DNA of 58,410 nucleotides, the filler included, from Nemertoderma westbladi (lineage: Eukaryota > Animalia > Xenacoelomorpha), in NCBI GenBank assembly GCA_032718475.1. It is 3 parts of 3 records of this genome, joined end to end, with 100 filler letters (N's around TTAATTAATTAA, not from the genome) between each part and the next. Parts side by side here need not be neighbours in the genome. Positions count along the whole stretch, not along the records: positions 1 to 23,486 come from JAUCBJ010003631.1; positions 23,587 to 39,589 come from JAUCBJ010008538.1; 1 more part is not named here. One strand, 5' to 3'. The translations under genes and the position numbers were made by a program. The notes beneath the pieces were generated by a model. That model had not been told where the DNA came from. It ran no database searches and was given only the letters and a program-made list of their open reading frames with translations. The first letter of the stretch is position 1. Each line of letters opens with the position of its first letter. This document shows positions 13,843 through 25,001 of this stretch, piece after piece.

Positions 13843-14462
13843 TGCACATCTACTAGGATCACCATTCATAACATTTACCTCGCTTTATAGATATCATTAA
13901 AAAGCTTGCGTTCCAAGGATTCCAAATATGAAACAATGTTCGAATTTCATTGAGAAACAGCTGATATATATTGGCGTTCGAAGATTGCAAGAATTATTGT
14001 TCACTGCAGACCATTGTAAAGTCACGGTAAAATTCCAGGACTAAATGTGATGTAGGAGTACTGTAGGCCTAAAACCCTGATTTTAATCCACGGATTACTA
14101 GGGGGGGGGGGGGGGGGGGGTCATGGTGACCCACCCCCCCCCCCCCCCCCCTAGGGATTGAAGGTAACTTCCTTATTATTGTGACGGGATGGATAGTTGT
14201 TAGTATGGATCCCGACCGGTGTGTGTGTTATACGCGTCGCCGCGTCCGTAGGCTGCTAAAGGCTATGGTCTGGATATATTTAATAGGCCGAAGGCCGTTG
14301 AAATAACTGAGTTTTTAGTTGTTGTAATCACAGAACATAATAATAGCACAGTCAGAATATAATAGCACGGTAATGACGACGGTTAAAAACCGTTCCGGTC
14401 TCACAACTGTATAGATACCAACTGAATCATAACCCACAAGTACAACGGTTATCTATTATTAA

Positions 14463-16312
14463 CCCTTTCCGGTCTGGGGGACTAGATCTAGTCCACCTGG
14501 TAGTGTCCTAGGGCCTAGATCTAGTCCATTGTATCTTACTGAGTATTGCGGCTAACAGATTGCACTAGGACAGTAGTAGGGGCATACTATAGGTTTGCCG
14601 CACTGTTCTTGGTCATATCCAATTGCAGCCTACCAAGATTGGCGGGATTTTCAAACCAGAAACGGTGTTATTGTTTATTTTAATTACTTACTGTACACTA
14701 CCGGTTGCCGGTCCACCAGTAGTACATAAATTTATTAGGTAGAAACTAATAAATAGGGGCATTTTTATGGGGGAATGGCATCGAAATACCCCCAAAGACT
14801 ACGGACCCAGAGGAGGAGATATGGATATGATCCAGATGATGAATCCGATTCATATGTCCAGTGAAACTTCGACTTTGGATGATGAGGATGACTGGGAAAC
14901 CGATAATGACTCAGACTCAGAAGACGAAGGATTTGAAGAATTCCTGTCAGTACTGCAGAATACGTGGGCCTTTGTTGGGGAAGAGAACCACTCGTGGGTT
15001 CCAGTTCGCGATTTTAAAACCTCGGATACTGGTTGGAAAGGTATAGATACAACGGAATTTTAGGTAAAGGATTATGTCGATTTATTTATCACTAATAAAC
15101 TAGTGGATATAATTGTATCCAGTACAAATCAACGAATAAACCTTTTATATCTTCATGCAGCGCTGTACGTAAATCCTATTCATGGTTTGTCAAACTAGGC
15201 ATTCACTACAAATACAGCGTCTGGTCCTAAACAGTTTTATATGATATCGTGGTGATAAAAAAACCACACGGTGGTAAAGATGGTAAACCAAAACGGATGA
15301 CGTTTTATGAATATAATCTAGACGTCGTTGACCACCTTTCCCGGGTACAGACGAGCCCACATAAACCAATACGTCAGCCAGTACCTCCCACCCCATCAAC
15401 GACTCCAATACACAAACTCGTAAAACAAGAACAAATTGGGAAAACCCAATGGCCACAGAAACGTTGTCGTGTCTGTAGTGGCAAAGATATAGTGAAAAAA
15501 TCTCGGTATATCTGCCCGGTGTGCCCCGACAAACCTGGACTTTGCCCTACATGTTTTAGTGAATATCCTCCTTATTTGTAAAATGTTGTGATTTTATTTC
15601 AGTACGGTATATTTTTATATTTTTTGCGATTTTATACTGCATAGTATACCGGTACTGTGTTATAAATTAATAAATGCTTTGTTTGAAAAAGAAATATTCA
15701 GCTTGGAAATAGAAACCTTGAAACTGAGAAGTAGAAACTTAGACACTCAAAAGTAGAATCTCCGACACTTAAAGTAGAATTTCGGACATTCAAAGTAGAA
15801 TCTCGGACACTCAATGTAGAATCTCGGACACTCAAAGTAAAATTTCGGACATGCAGAAGTAGAATTTCGGACACTCAAAAGTAGAATTTCGAACATTCAA
15901 AGTAGAATCTCGGACACTCAAAGTAGAATCTCGGACACTCAAAGTAAAATTTCGGACATGCAGAAGTAGAATTTCGGACACTCAAAAGCAGAATTTCGGA
16001 CATTCAAAGTAGAATCTCGGACACTCAAAGTATGAATCTCAGACACTCAAAGTAAAATTTCGGACATGCAGAAGTAGAATTTCGGACACTCAAAAGTAGA
16101 ATTTCGGACATTCAGAAGTAGAATCTCGGACACTCAGAGTAGAATCTCGGACTCTCAAAGTAGAATTTCAGATGATCAGAGTCTATTTCGAATGCTCAAA
16201 AAGTAAATGGGACACACTGAGTGTCGAAAATATACTCTGAAAATGATGTTTATTTTATAACATTGCCGCTCACTACTACATGGACTAGATCTAGTCCCCA
16301 GACCGGAAAAGG
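14463..16312 (+). mobile_element. Internally deleted piggyBac transposon
   Basis: TTAA at 14459-14462 then TIR CCCTTTCCGGTCTGGGGGACTAGATCTAGTCCA; matching TGGACTAGATCTAGTCCCCAGACCGGAAAAGG at 16281-16312; acidic N-terminal remnant (14767-15063) and C-terminal Cys-rich domain KRCRVC..SRYICPVCPDKPGLCPTCF (15249-15581); DDD catalytic core missing. Confidence 0.85.
15710..16190. repeat. 21-22-bp minisatellite inside the piggyBac element
   Basis: About 20 units of AAGTAGAAT(T/C)TCGGACACTCA. Confidence 0.9.
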
Positions 16313-16737
16313 AACATATTAATCACTACTACTGTATTGAGTGGCCTGGCCATTAGATGCGTTCTAATCACTTCCAATCTGTTTTCCCTTCCCATCATTG
16401 GCTAACCCGATTAATTGTCACCTCGCCACTCCCTGCTGCCACTGTCCTCACGTGCTAACCCCTGCTAGCCCCTTTGCCCCTCTGAGATGGTTTGACCCCT
16501 AACTTTCTTTGTGGCTGGCGATGTGTATCGCCTGGGTTGGCTGTGAGGTGACTTAATATTGGTAATGTATTATTGCCAACTATAATTGGTAAAATGCCAC
16601 TAAGCCCATTTTGGGTGGGTAGTGCAGGGAATTGAATCCGCTTACAATTATTATAATAGAAATGATGCCTATTGCACTTTTCACCATGTTTTGATACATT
16701 ATAGTCCTAATGCATGCAAACATAACTTTGTTTGTGA

Positions 16738-17040
16738 ATTTTTTCCAAAAAAAATTTTGAATGATAAAATTTTCAAAATTTTCAAAAAATTTTGAAAACT
16801 TTTTCAAATTTTTTTCAGAAAATTGTATTTAGAACATTTTTTCAAACTTTTTTCGAAAAATTTTTCAAATTTTTCAAATTTTTTTCAAAAAATTTTGAAA
16901 ATTTTTTCAAATTTTGAAAAATTTAATCAAATTATTTGGAAAAATTATTAGGCCTTGTAGACTAATTTCTTAAATTGTTCAAAAAAATCATCAAATTTTT
17001 TTGAATTTTTTTTTATTTTCACTGAAAAATTTTTCAAAAT
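16738..17040. repeat. Low-complexity TTTTCAAAA/TTTTGAAAA array
   Basis: Repeated A/T tracts punctuated by single C or G bases. Confidence 0.7.
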
Positions 17041-17137
17041 TACGGCTTTGGTGATTCGAAATGTAACTTTTTTTTAATACCGGTATTAGTATATAGAGCA
17101 GTATTTTGAAGTATTGCTGTATTGTATGTAGGTTGAA

Positions 17138-18186
17138 TGTGGGGCGAGCGACGAAAGTGAGCTTAGCATACAGGTACCACTAACTCAATCGGTGTGTCTG
17201 TTGTTCTGTTGATCTGTTGTGTCCAATTTTAAACGTTAATAAATCAAATCTCGATAAAATATATCTAAACTTGGTACATATGTATAGTCTGGCAAAAGTT
17301 CAGAAATTTTCCAAGTTGAATTTGCGTGGGGTCTTCGTGCAGCATCTGTGTAACTGTCTTGCAGTTATAATAAATTTATCTATCCAAAAATTATTAGGCT
17401 TGGCATCAGCTGGTTGCTAGGAGACTGCAGGATTACAGTACGGTACCGGTACTGTTACAGTGGTACAGAGTTACCGGTACCGTCTTCAGGTCGTTGGTTG
17501 TTCGTCACCAATCGGCTCGGCAACGGCAACCATGCAGCCATGGAAGTTTTGAAATTATGCGGACTAAGACAGACTGACATATTGTCAGGTTGTACCTTTA
17601 TTCCATGTTCCGGTATCCGCTACTGCATTAGATACCCCAACAGCCCAATACTGCTATACCCAGCAACGTTTTCTAATTTTACCGGTACTCAAACAATAAC
17701 TCGCCATCAAGGCCACCGACTCTGTCTGTCGCAGTGTCGTTGGCGACCTCGACTTTGGTATCGCTACTGCGCTAGCGCTACGACCCGAGGACTGAAGAAT
17801 GCATTGAATTTTTTGAGTAGTTTGACTATGGACTTCTATGACATCGATGCCAAGCTGCCAATGCGAAAGTTTTTTTTTAAGTAAAGGTTTGAGTAAATTT
17901 TCTTAATTATTTATTTAAATTTCTAAGTACCGATTTTGGGATAGAATTGCTCAATTTTAATCTGTATCTAATAACTGACCCTCGTCCTGCACGATGGCCC
18001 CACGAACGTGTATGTATGTATGTATTATATGTAGATTAAAAGGGCTGAACATGTACTGTCCCCCCTTTCTTTGATTGATTGGTGGTGTGGGTAAATTTCT
18101 CAAATACTGATTATGCGATACAGTCGCTCAATTTTAATTTATATCCCATAACGGCCTCGTGCTGCGCGAAGTCCCCACGAACGTGT
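17138..18186. mobile_element. HINE/DINE-1-like non-autonomous rolling-circle element
   Basis: Starts TGTGGGGCGAGCGACGAAAGT, then a CTGTT microsatellite and AAACTTGGTACA; ends with duplicated CTCGT(C/G)CTGC..CCCCACGAACGTG; related copy at 35793-37160. Confidence 0.55.
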
Positions 18187-18220
18187 AGTTGTTAACAGAT
18201 CAATTTAGATCAATTTAAAG

Positions 18221-19694
18221 CTCATCTATCCCATCATAGTAGACATGTACCGAACAACAAGAGTCCCACAAGAAATGAAAACAAATAAGTTGGTGCCAGT
18301 TCCCAAGAAAGGCAACCTAACACTATGGTTCTTTTCGGGGAATCTCATTGATCTCGATTGCTGCAAAGCTATACAATAGAATTCTATTAAATCGCATCAG
18401 GGATCCCATTGAGAGACTGCTCCGTGGAAATCAGAATGGGTTCCGTAAAGGTCGTGGGACCATGGAGCCCATTCTGGCACTTGAAGGATAATTGAAGAAT
18501 TGTCAAAAAAGAAAGACAGGCATCTGGCTGTTATCTTTGTTGACTTCTTCAAGGCCTTTGATTCAGTCTCTCGCTCACGTATGTTCAGCATACTTTCATT
18601 ATATGGGATTCCTGAAGAAATTATTGCAGCAATCAGATCAGTATACGATGGTTCGACAACATTTGTGTCTACTGTTGACGGTGACACAGAACCATTTGAA
18701 GTGTTATGGGGCGTCCTCCAGGGAGACACACTTGCACCATTCTTGTTCATAATTGTAGTTGACTATGTTCTACGCATGTCCTTAGATCATCATAATGATG
18801 CTGGGGTGATGATAACTCCACCTACTGGCTCCAGAGGTCGAGGAAATCCTGCCAAGTACTTAACTGATCTAGACTTTGCTGATGACTTAGGAGTACTCTC
18901 AGAATCACAAGAGGGAGCCCAAAGGCTCCTCAGCTCATTAGAACATGCTGCTTCTAGTGTTGGTCTTTTTATTAACTCCAGAATGACCAAAATTTTGACA
19001 GTTAACTTTGAAAGTCATCAGCAAGTCTCTGATCGGATGAGCATAAGCTCAAAAGATGGTATGCTTGAGCATGTGGATAACTTCTGTTACCTGGGATCAT
19101 GGATCCGGAAGTCAGGTGAGGACCTTCGAATACGTAAGGGAAAGGCATGGGCAGCCTTGAATAGGCTTTCCAGGATTTGGAAGTCTACGAGAATTAATCG
19201 GAAACTTAAGGTCCGATTATTTAGAGCAGCAGTAGTACCAGTACTCCTCTATGGGAGTCCATGCTGGGCTCTAACTGCTGAGGACACAAAATCTCTGGAT
19301 GGCACATTTACAGGAATGCTACGCCGGGTTCATTGTGTCAAGTACAATGCACACATCTCCAACCAGACACTATATAACATTGGAGGTGTCTCATTGGTTT
19401 CCCCAAGCTTGACACTAGAACAAAATCGCCTCCGCTTTGCAGGACATTGCTTTCGCCGTGAGGACCAGCCAGTGCATAATCTTGTACTTTGGCAGCCTCA
19501 TGGAGTGAATAAGCATGGTGGACAGCCCTTGACTTTCTTGAGACGCATCTTAAAGGACACTGGCCTTGAAGATGCGGATGATCTAGCATATGTCATGGGT
19601 GATAGGGAGTTGTGGCGGTGCAATTTTGTCGATAAGCCGGCACAGCATTCTTAAAAATGCAGCTGCAATGCAGCCTGCCGATCCTAGTAGTAGT
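18221..19694 (+). mobile_element. RTE-clade LINE, 5'-truncated, with reverse transcriptase ORF 18500-19654
   Basis: RT motifs FVDFFKAFDS, GVLQGDTLAPFLF, DLDFADD, FCYLGS; RTE C-terminus RLRFAGHCFR..DRELWR; frameshifted upstream LVPVPKKGNL and QNGFRKGR; short 3' UTR and (TAG)n tail. Confidence 0.92.
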
Positions 19695-19849
19695 CCACAT
19701 ACAATGTGTTCGAAAATCGACTTATTCCCCATTTGATAGCGAAAACACACTGATATCGAAAATATCGGCCAGTTTCAACTAAAAAGCAAAGGGGTTGCCC
19801 CAATAAAGGATATATACAACTGTACATAATGTAAAATAATGCCGCCATA

Positions 19850-22800
19850 AAATGCTCCTTTTTTCCTCAATTGGTAAAATGGTATCGCCTATTGTTTTGG
19901 TTAGAAAGGCCCCCCTCAGTAATAACCTGCTACTTTCCTTCATTTGGTAAAGTGACCGTTTATTGTTTTGGTTAGAAAGGCCCGCGCCTTTGTAACCCGC
20001 TCCTTTCCTTCATTTGGTAAAGTGACTGTTTATTATTTTGGTTAGAAAATCCCGCCTCTGTAACCTGTTCCTTTCCCTCAATTGGTAATGTTATCATTTA
20101 TTGTTTTGGTTAGAAAAGACCATCTATGTAACCTGCTCCTTTCCTTTATTTGGTAAATGGCTGTTTATTGTTTTGGTTAGAAAATCCCGTCTCTGTAACC
20201 TGCTCCTTTCCCTCAATTAGTTATGTGATCGTTTCTTGTTTTGGTTAGAAAATCCCGCCTCTCTAACCTGCTCCTTTCCCTGATTTGGTAAAGTGACCGT
20301 TTATTGTTTTAGTTAGAAAATCCCGCCTCTGTAACCAGCTCCTTCCCTCAATTAGTTAAATGATTGTTTATTGTTTTGGTTAGAAAATCTCGCCTCTGTA
20401 ATCTGCTCCTTTCCCTGATTTGGTAAAGTGACCGTTTATTGTTTTGGTTAGAAAGGCCCGCCTCTGTAACCTGCCCCTTTCCTTCATTTGGTAAAGTGAC
20501 TCTTATTGTTTTGGTTAGAAAATCCGGTCTCTCTAACCTGCTCCTTTCCATCAATTGGTAATTGTTTTTGGCTATAAAATGAGTATTTTGCTACATCATG
20601 TGGTAATCGGTTATGACAAAAAACCACAAACTAATAAATTTAGAGTCTTTTACCACAGGCGCATATGGAAATCTATATCATAGTCTATAAATCATGGAAT
20701 TTTGAATGTTTTGCCACAATTATTGTAAATTAAACTGTCTGACAGTCAAGAAATCAACAAAATTTTGAATGTTTTGGCACAGGCAGCCACCAGACAGGCA
20801 TAGTGAAATCAACTGTCCGACAGTCCAGAAATCAACAAATTTTGGGGTTTGTGCTTAACGTGTACTAGACTGCTAGAACTTGCGCCGGGAGCTGGCGCAG
20901 AAATGAGCTACTGTACGCCGGGCAATGAGCCGGAAGGCATGGAAGGGTCGGCGCAGAGATGTGCTACGCCGGCGTAACCGGCGGAGCACTGACAATGATA
21001 GAGATGCTGCGTTCGTATTATTATATTAATGTAAATAATAAATAAAAATATTTGTTATATTCCCGGCGTCGTAGCTGCAGAAATTAACCCGGCGCCGGAA
21101 TCAGCCCAGCACACCCGGCGTACATGTACATATTTGCCTGGCGCAGAAATCAGCCCAACCTAGCACCAGGCAGACAGTGAGACTGAGACAGCACGACTGA
21201 CGACAGCAGACATGCGTTCATCAGACCAACAGCACAGCACAGATGGAAACTCACGCTAGCTGACTGCAACTGGTCATTTATTTACGTATTTAACCTTACG
21301 CTGTTATGAAGTTGGCATGTAGGCTATCACAGTTCCAGCTATCAGCTGATCAGTCAGTTTATTTATTTATATATTGCTGTATTGTATAAGATATATTTAT
21401 ATTATATTATGGCAGTGATTTTTTATGTCCTTTTATTTGACTTTTTTTGTCATTTTTTTTTTACGAATTATGCATAATGACTTTTGTTGTCCTTTTAATG
21501 ACTTTTATTGTCCTTTTAATGACTTTTTATGTATGTATTTCTTCAAACTGTCAGACTGCTGATTTCTGGACTGTCAGACAGTTGATTTCACTATGCCTGT
21601 GCCAAAACATTCCATGATTCCATGATTTATAGACTATGAGATAGATTTCCATATGCGCCTGTAGTAAAAAGACTCTATATTTAATAGTTTGTGGTTGTTG
21701 TCGATAATCGAATACCACATGACGTAGCAAAACACTCATTTTATAGCCAAAAACAATTACCAATTGATGGAAAGGAGCAGGTTAAGGCCGAGTTTTCTAA
21801 CCAAAACAATAAACAGTCACTTTACCAAATCAGGGAAAGGAGCAGGTTACAGAGACGGTATTTTCTAACCAAAACAATAAACGATCACTTAACTAATTGA
21901 GGGAAAGGAGCAGGTTACAGAGGCGGGATTTTCTAACCAAAACAATAAACGATCACTTAACTTATTGAGGGAAAGGAGCAGGTTACAGAGGCAGGATTTT
22001 CTAACCAAAACAATAAACGATCACTTAACTTATTGAGGGAAAGGAGCAGGTTACAGAGGCGGGATTTTCTAACCAAAACAATAAACGATCATTTAACTAA
22101 TTGAGGGAAAGGGACAGGTTACAGAGGCGGAATTTTCTAACCAAAACAATAAACGATCACTTAACTAATTGAGGGAAAGGAGCAGGTTACAGAGGCGGGA
22201 TTTTCTAACCAAACCAATAAACGATCATTTAACTAATTGAGGGAAAGGGGCAGGTTACAGAGGCGGGCCTTTCTAACCAAAACAATAAACGGTCACTTTA
22301 CCAATTCAGGGAAAGGAGCAGGTTACAGAGGCGGGATTTTCTAACCAAAACAATAAACGATCATTTAACTAATTGAGGGAAAGGGGCAGGTTACAGAGGC
22401 GGGATTTTCTAACCAAAACAATAAACGATCATTTAACTAATTGAGGGAAAGGGAGCAGGTTACAGAGGCGGGATTTTCTAACCAAAACAATAAACGATCA
22501 CTTAACTAATTGAGGGAAAGGAGCAGTTACAGAGGCGGGATTTTCTAACCAAAACAATAAACGATCATTTAACTAATTGAGGGAAAGGGGCAGGTTACAG
22601 AGGCGGGCCTTTCTAACCAAAACAATAAACGGTCACTTTACCAATTCAGGGAAAGGAGCAGGTTACAGAGGCGGGATTTTCTAACCAAAACAATAAACGA
22701 TCATTTAACTAATTGAGGGAAAGGGGCAGGTTACAGAGGCGGGATTTTCTAACCAAAACAATAAACGATCAATTAACTAATTGAGGGAAAGGAGCAGGTT

Positions 22801-23006
22801 ACGGAGACGGGATTTTCTAACCAAAACAATAAACGATAACATTACCAATTGAGAGAAAGGAGCAGGTTACAGAGGCGGGATTTTCTAACCAAAACAATAA
22901 ACGATAACATTACCAATTGAGGGAGAGGAGCAGGTTACAGAGGCGGGATTTTCTAACCAAAACAATAAACAGTCACTTTACCAAATCAGGGAAAGGAGCA
23001 GGTTAT
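19850..23006. mobile_element. Foldback-type element with inverted arms made of a 68-bp tandem repeat
   Basis: About 10 minus-orientation units (19850-20560) and about 18 plus-orientation units (21760-23006) of TTTTCTAACCAAAACAATAAACGATCACTTAACTAATTGAGGGAAAGGAGCAGGTTACAGAGGCGGGA; inner non-tandem inverted repeat 20560-20830 versus 21550-21770; unique ~700-bp centre. Confidence 0.8.
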
Positions 23007-23486
23007 CCGTAACACTACTCAGACAGTAGTCATGATCCATTATTGATTATAAAACTAATACAGGTATAATCCCAGGAAAACCGTTTCTGGCAAATTTTCA
23101 GAAATATTTATCCGGCTTGCATGCCATGTCTGGCGGCTGTAAACAGGCAAAATGTCTCGGCTACTTTGCAGCTTTTTTGGTACCCGTTTTTCCGGAAATG
23201 TCGCCACTTGCCATAGCCCATGATGGATAAATTAACATGTAATCCTATGGGGACATGGTTTGGGGTGCGACAAATAGCTGGAAAGTTGCCGGGAAGTTAT
23301 AGCCAGTTGCCATGATAACACCTAGCTGCCAGACGGAAATTTGTAGCGGCTTTGTCGCCTTTATAATTTTTTGTACCAGACGGAAATTTGTAGCGGCTTT
23401 GTCGCCATAATTTATACGGAAATGTACTACTATTGGTCTCCCAATATTAATCAACTGTTTTATTTTGAGACAGCAATACGGTTTGG

Positions 23487-23586
23487 NNNNNNNNNNNNNN
23501 NNNNNNNNNNNNNNNNNNNNNNNNNNNNNNTTAATTAATTAANNNNNNNNNNNNNNNNNNNNNNNNNNNNNNNNNNNNNNNNNNNN
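23487..23586. other. Assembly gap with TTAATTAATTAA spacer
   Basis: N runs flank an artificial spacer that has stop codons in all frames. Confidence 0.95.
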
Positions 23587-23701
23587 TATCGGCGCTGAGG
23601 ATCTCACACTGTCCGGGGGCAAGGGAGAAGTAGGCAGCGACGCCCGCTCGCCTAATAAATATATAGACTCATTATAATATTGGTGAACTCGTATAGCAGA
23701 T

Positions 23702-24100
23702 ATGACTGAATTAATAGAAGATGATCTTGGTATCAGGGAGAGATATACTCTACCTTTACAAGCGTTTGTCGATAGCTTGATAAGCGGCGACGCTGATCCA
23801 ACTACTAAGGAGGACGATGGTCGTTATATCGCACCACCAATGTCCCAGGAGCAACTTACGCGTGAATTGGACTATAGAAAATTCACTGCTCGCTATACGC
23901 ATCGTAATGGTACGTATATGGACTTCTTGACCACTGGTCATCCTATTGATTTACACGACACCGACGATGTAGACACCGAAAGGGAAATGGTTTTATTTAA
24001 ATATCATACCCAGCGGAGTCGAAACGATAAATCGAGAATAGAACACGAGAACTCTATTCGAAATCAGCTCGAAAGAAAGGACGTGGAAGAAGGCTTGTAA
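23702..24100 (+). CDS. 132-aa ORF of unknown function inside the LTR element, possibly a detached pol C-terminal tail
   Basis: Protein-like composition, sense orientation relative to the LTR; no recognisable motif. Confidence 0.35.
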   Translation: MTELIEDDLGIRERYTLPLQAFVDSLISGDADPTTKEDDGRYIAPPMSQEQLTRELDYRKFTARYTHRNGTYMDFLTTGHPIDLHDTDDVDTEREMVLFKYHTQRSRNDKSRIEHENSIRNQLERKDVEEGL

Positions 24101-25001
24101 AGACAAATATAGGCGAACCACTGGAGAGGAGACATGTGTTAATGTCCAGGGTCCATAATGTGAATAGTTTTCCCCGGGGCACGGGTGCTCGCGGGCGGTC
24201 TCCTTCGGGAGGCTGTAAATTTCTCTTCCTTCATCGTTTTCCTGTAATTATTGTGATCAGTGTCACAATTAAAAGACAAGAATGAATGATGACGTAACGG
24301 AAAGCTCGTCCATTGTGGTATCTTATGGATACTACCATATATCCTTCCTCCTCTTTACTCACTTTATCCCTCTATACATCGCTATTGAAAATACGACATA
24401 CTTCCCCCCACCTTCTCTTCTCAACGCGCTCGGAGCTTCGGGAAACGAACACTAAACCTCCCATCCCTTACTGTTTATTTGTATGCTAATATTGGTGTCC
24501 GCACCTCCTGTCCCTGTACCATTCTGTTGATATTTATGATATCAACTTTCACCATTGTTGTTGATTTGATTAGAAAATCAACCACTTCCTAATTTCCTCA
24601 AGTCCACAACCATGATACAAGGACTGAAAGGACACGCGGATAGTTGTGAACAACTGGTACCATTATGCGTCATAAATCTGGTTGTTCACCTCCCTCGATG
24701 ATTGGAGATATAAATCTTGTAATCTTATGTAGAACAACTGTAGCATTGAACTGGTTGTTCACTCATCGCACTGGGGATAAATTCAGTTGGAGATAGTCCT
24801 CGCATGTTACAATCCTCCTACTGAGATCGTATTTCGGAATATTTCTGAATACGACATAGGTCTTCCCCTGATCTTTACCACTACCATCAATGGAAGACAT
24901 ATTAGGCATACGACTTTCGGAATATGGAGAACATTCCATACCCCTTCGTTGATACTCAGCTGATTGCTCCTTGAGCAGAAGGCCGAGGTTTCTTTCGCAC
25001 T

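Noticed and set aside
14180-14405. Possible solo LTR (TGTGA...TCACA)
   Set aside because: No TSD and no second copy in the window
21760-23006. Regular repeat array as a CRISPR
   Set aside because: Units are contiguous 68-bp monomers with no unique spacers, there are no cas genes, and the context is eukaryotic
23531-23542. TTAATTAATTAA inside N runs (also near 39634) as a biological motif
   Set aside because: Identical spacer centred in both 100-nt gaps; a scaffolding artefact
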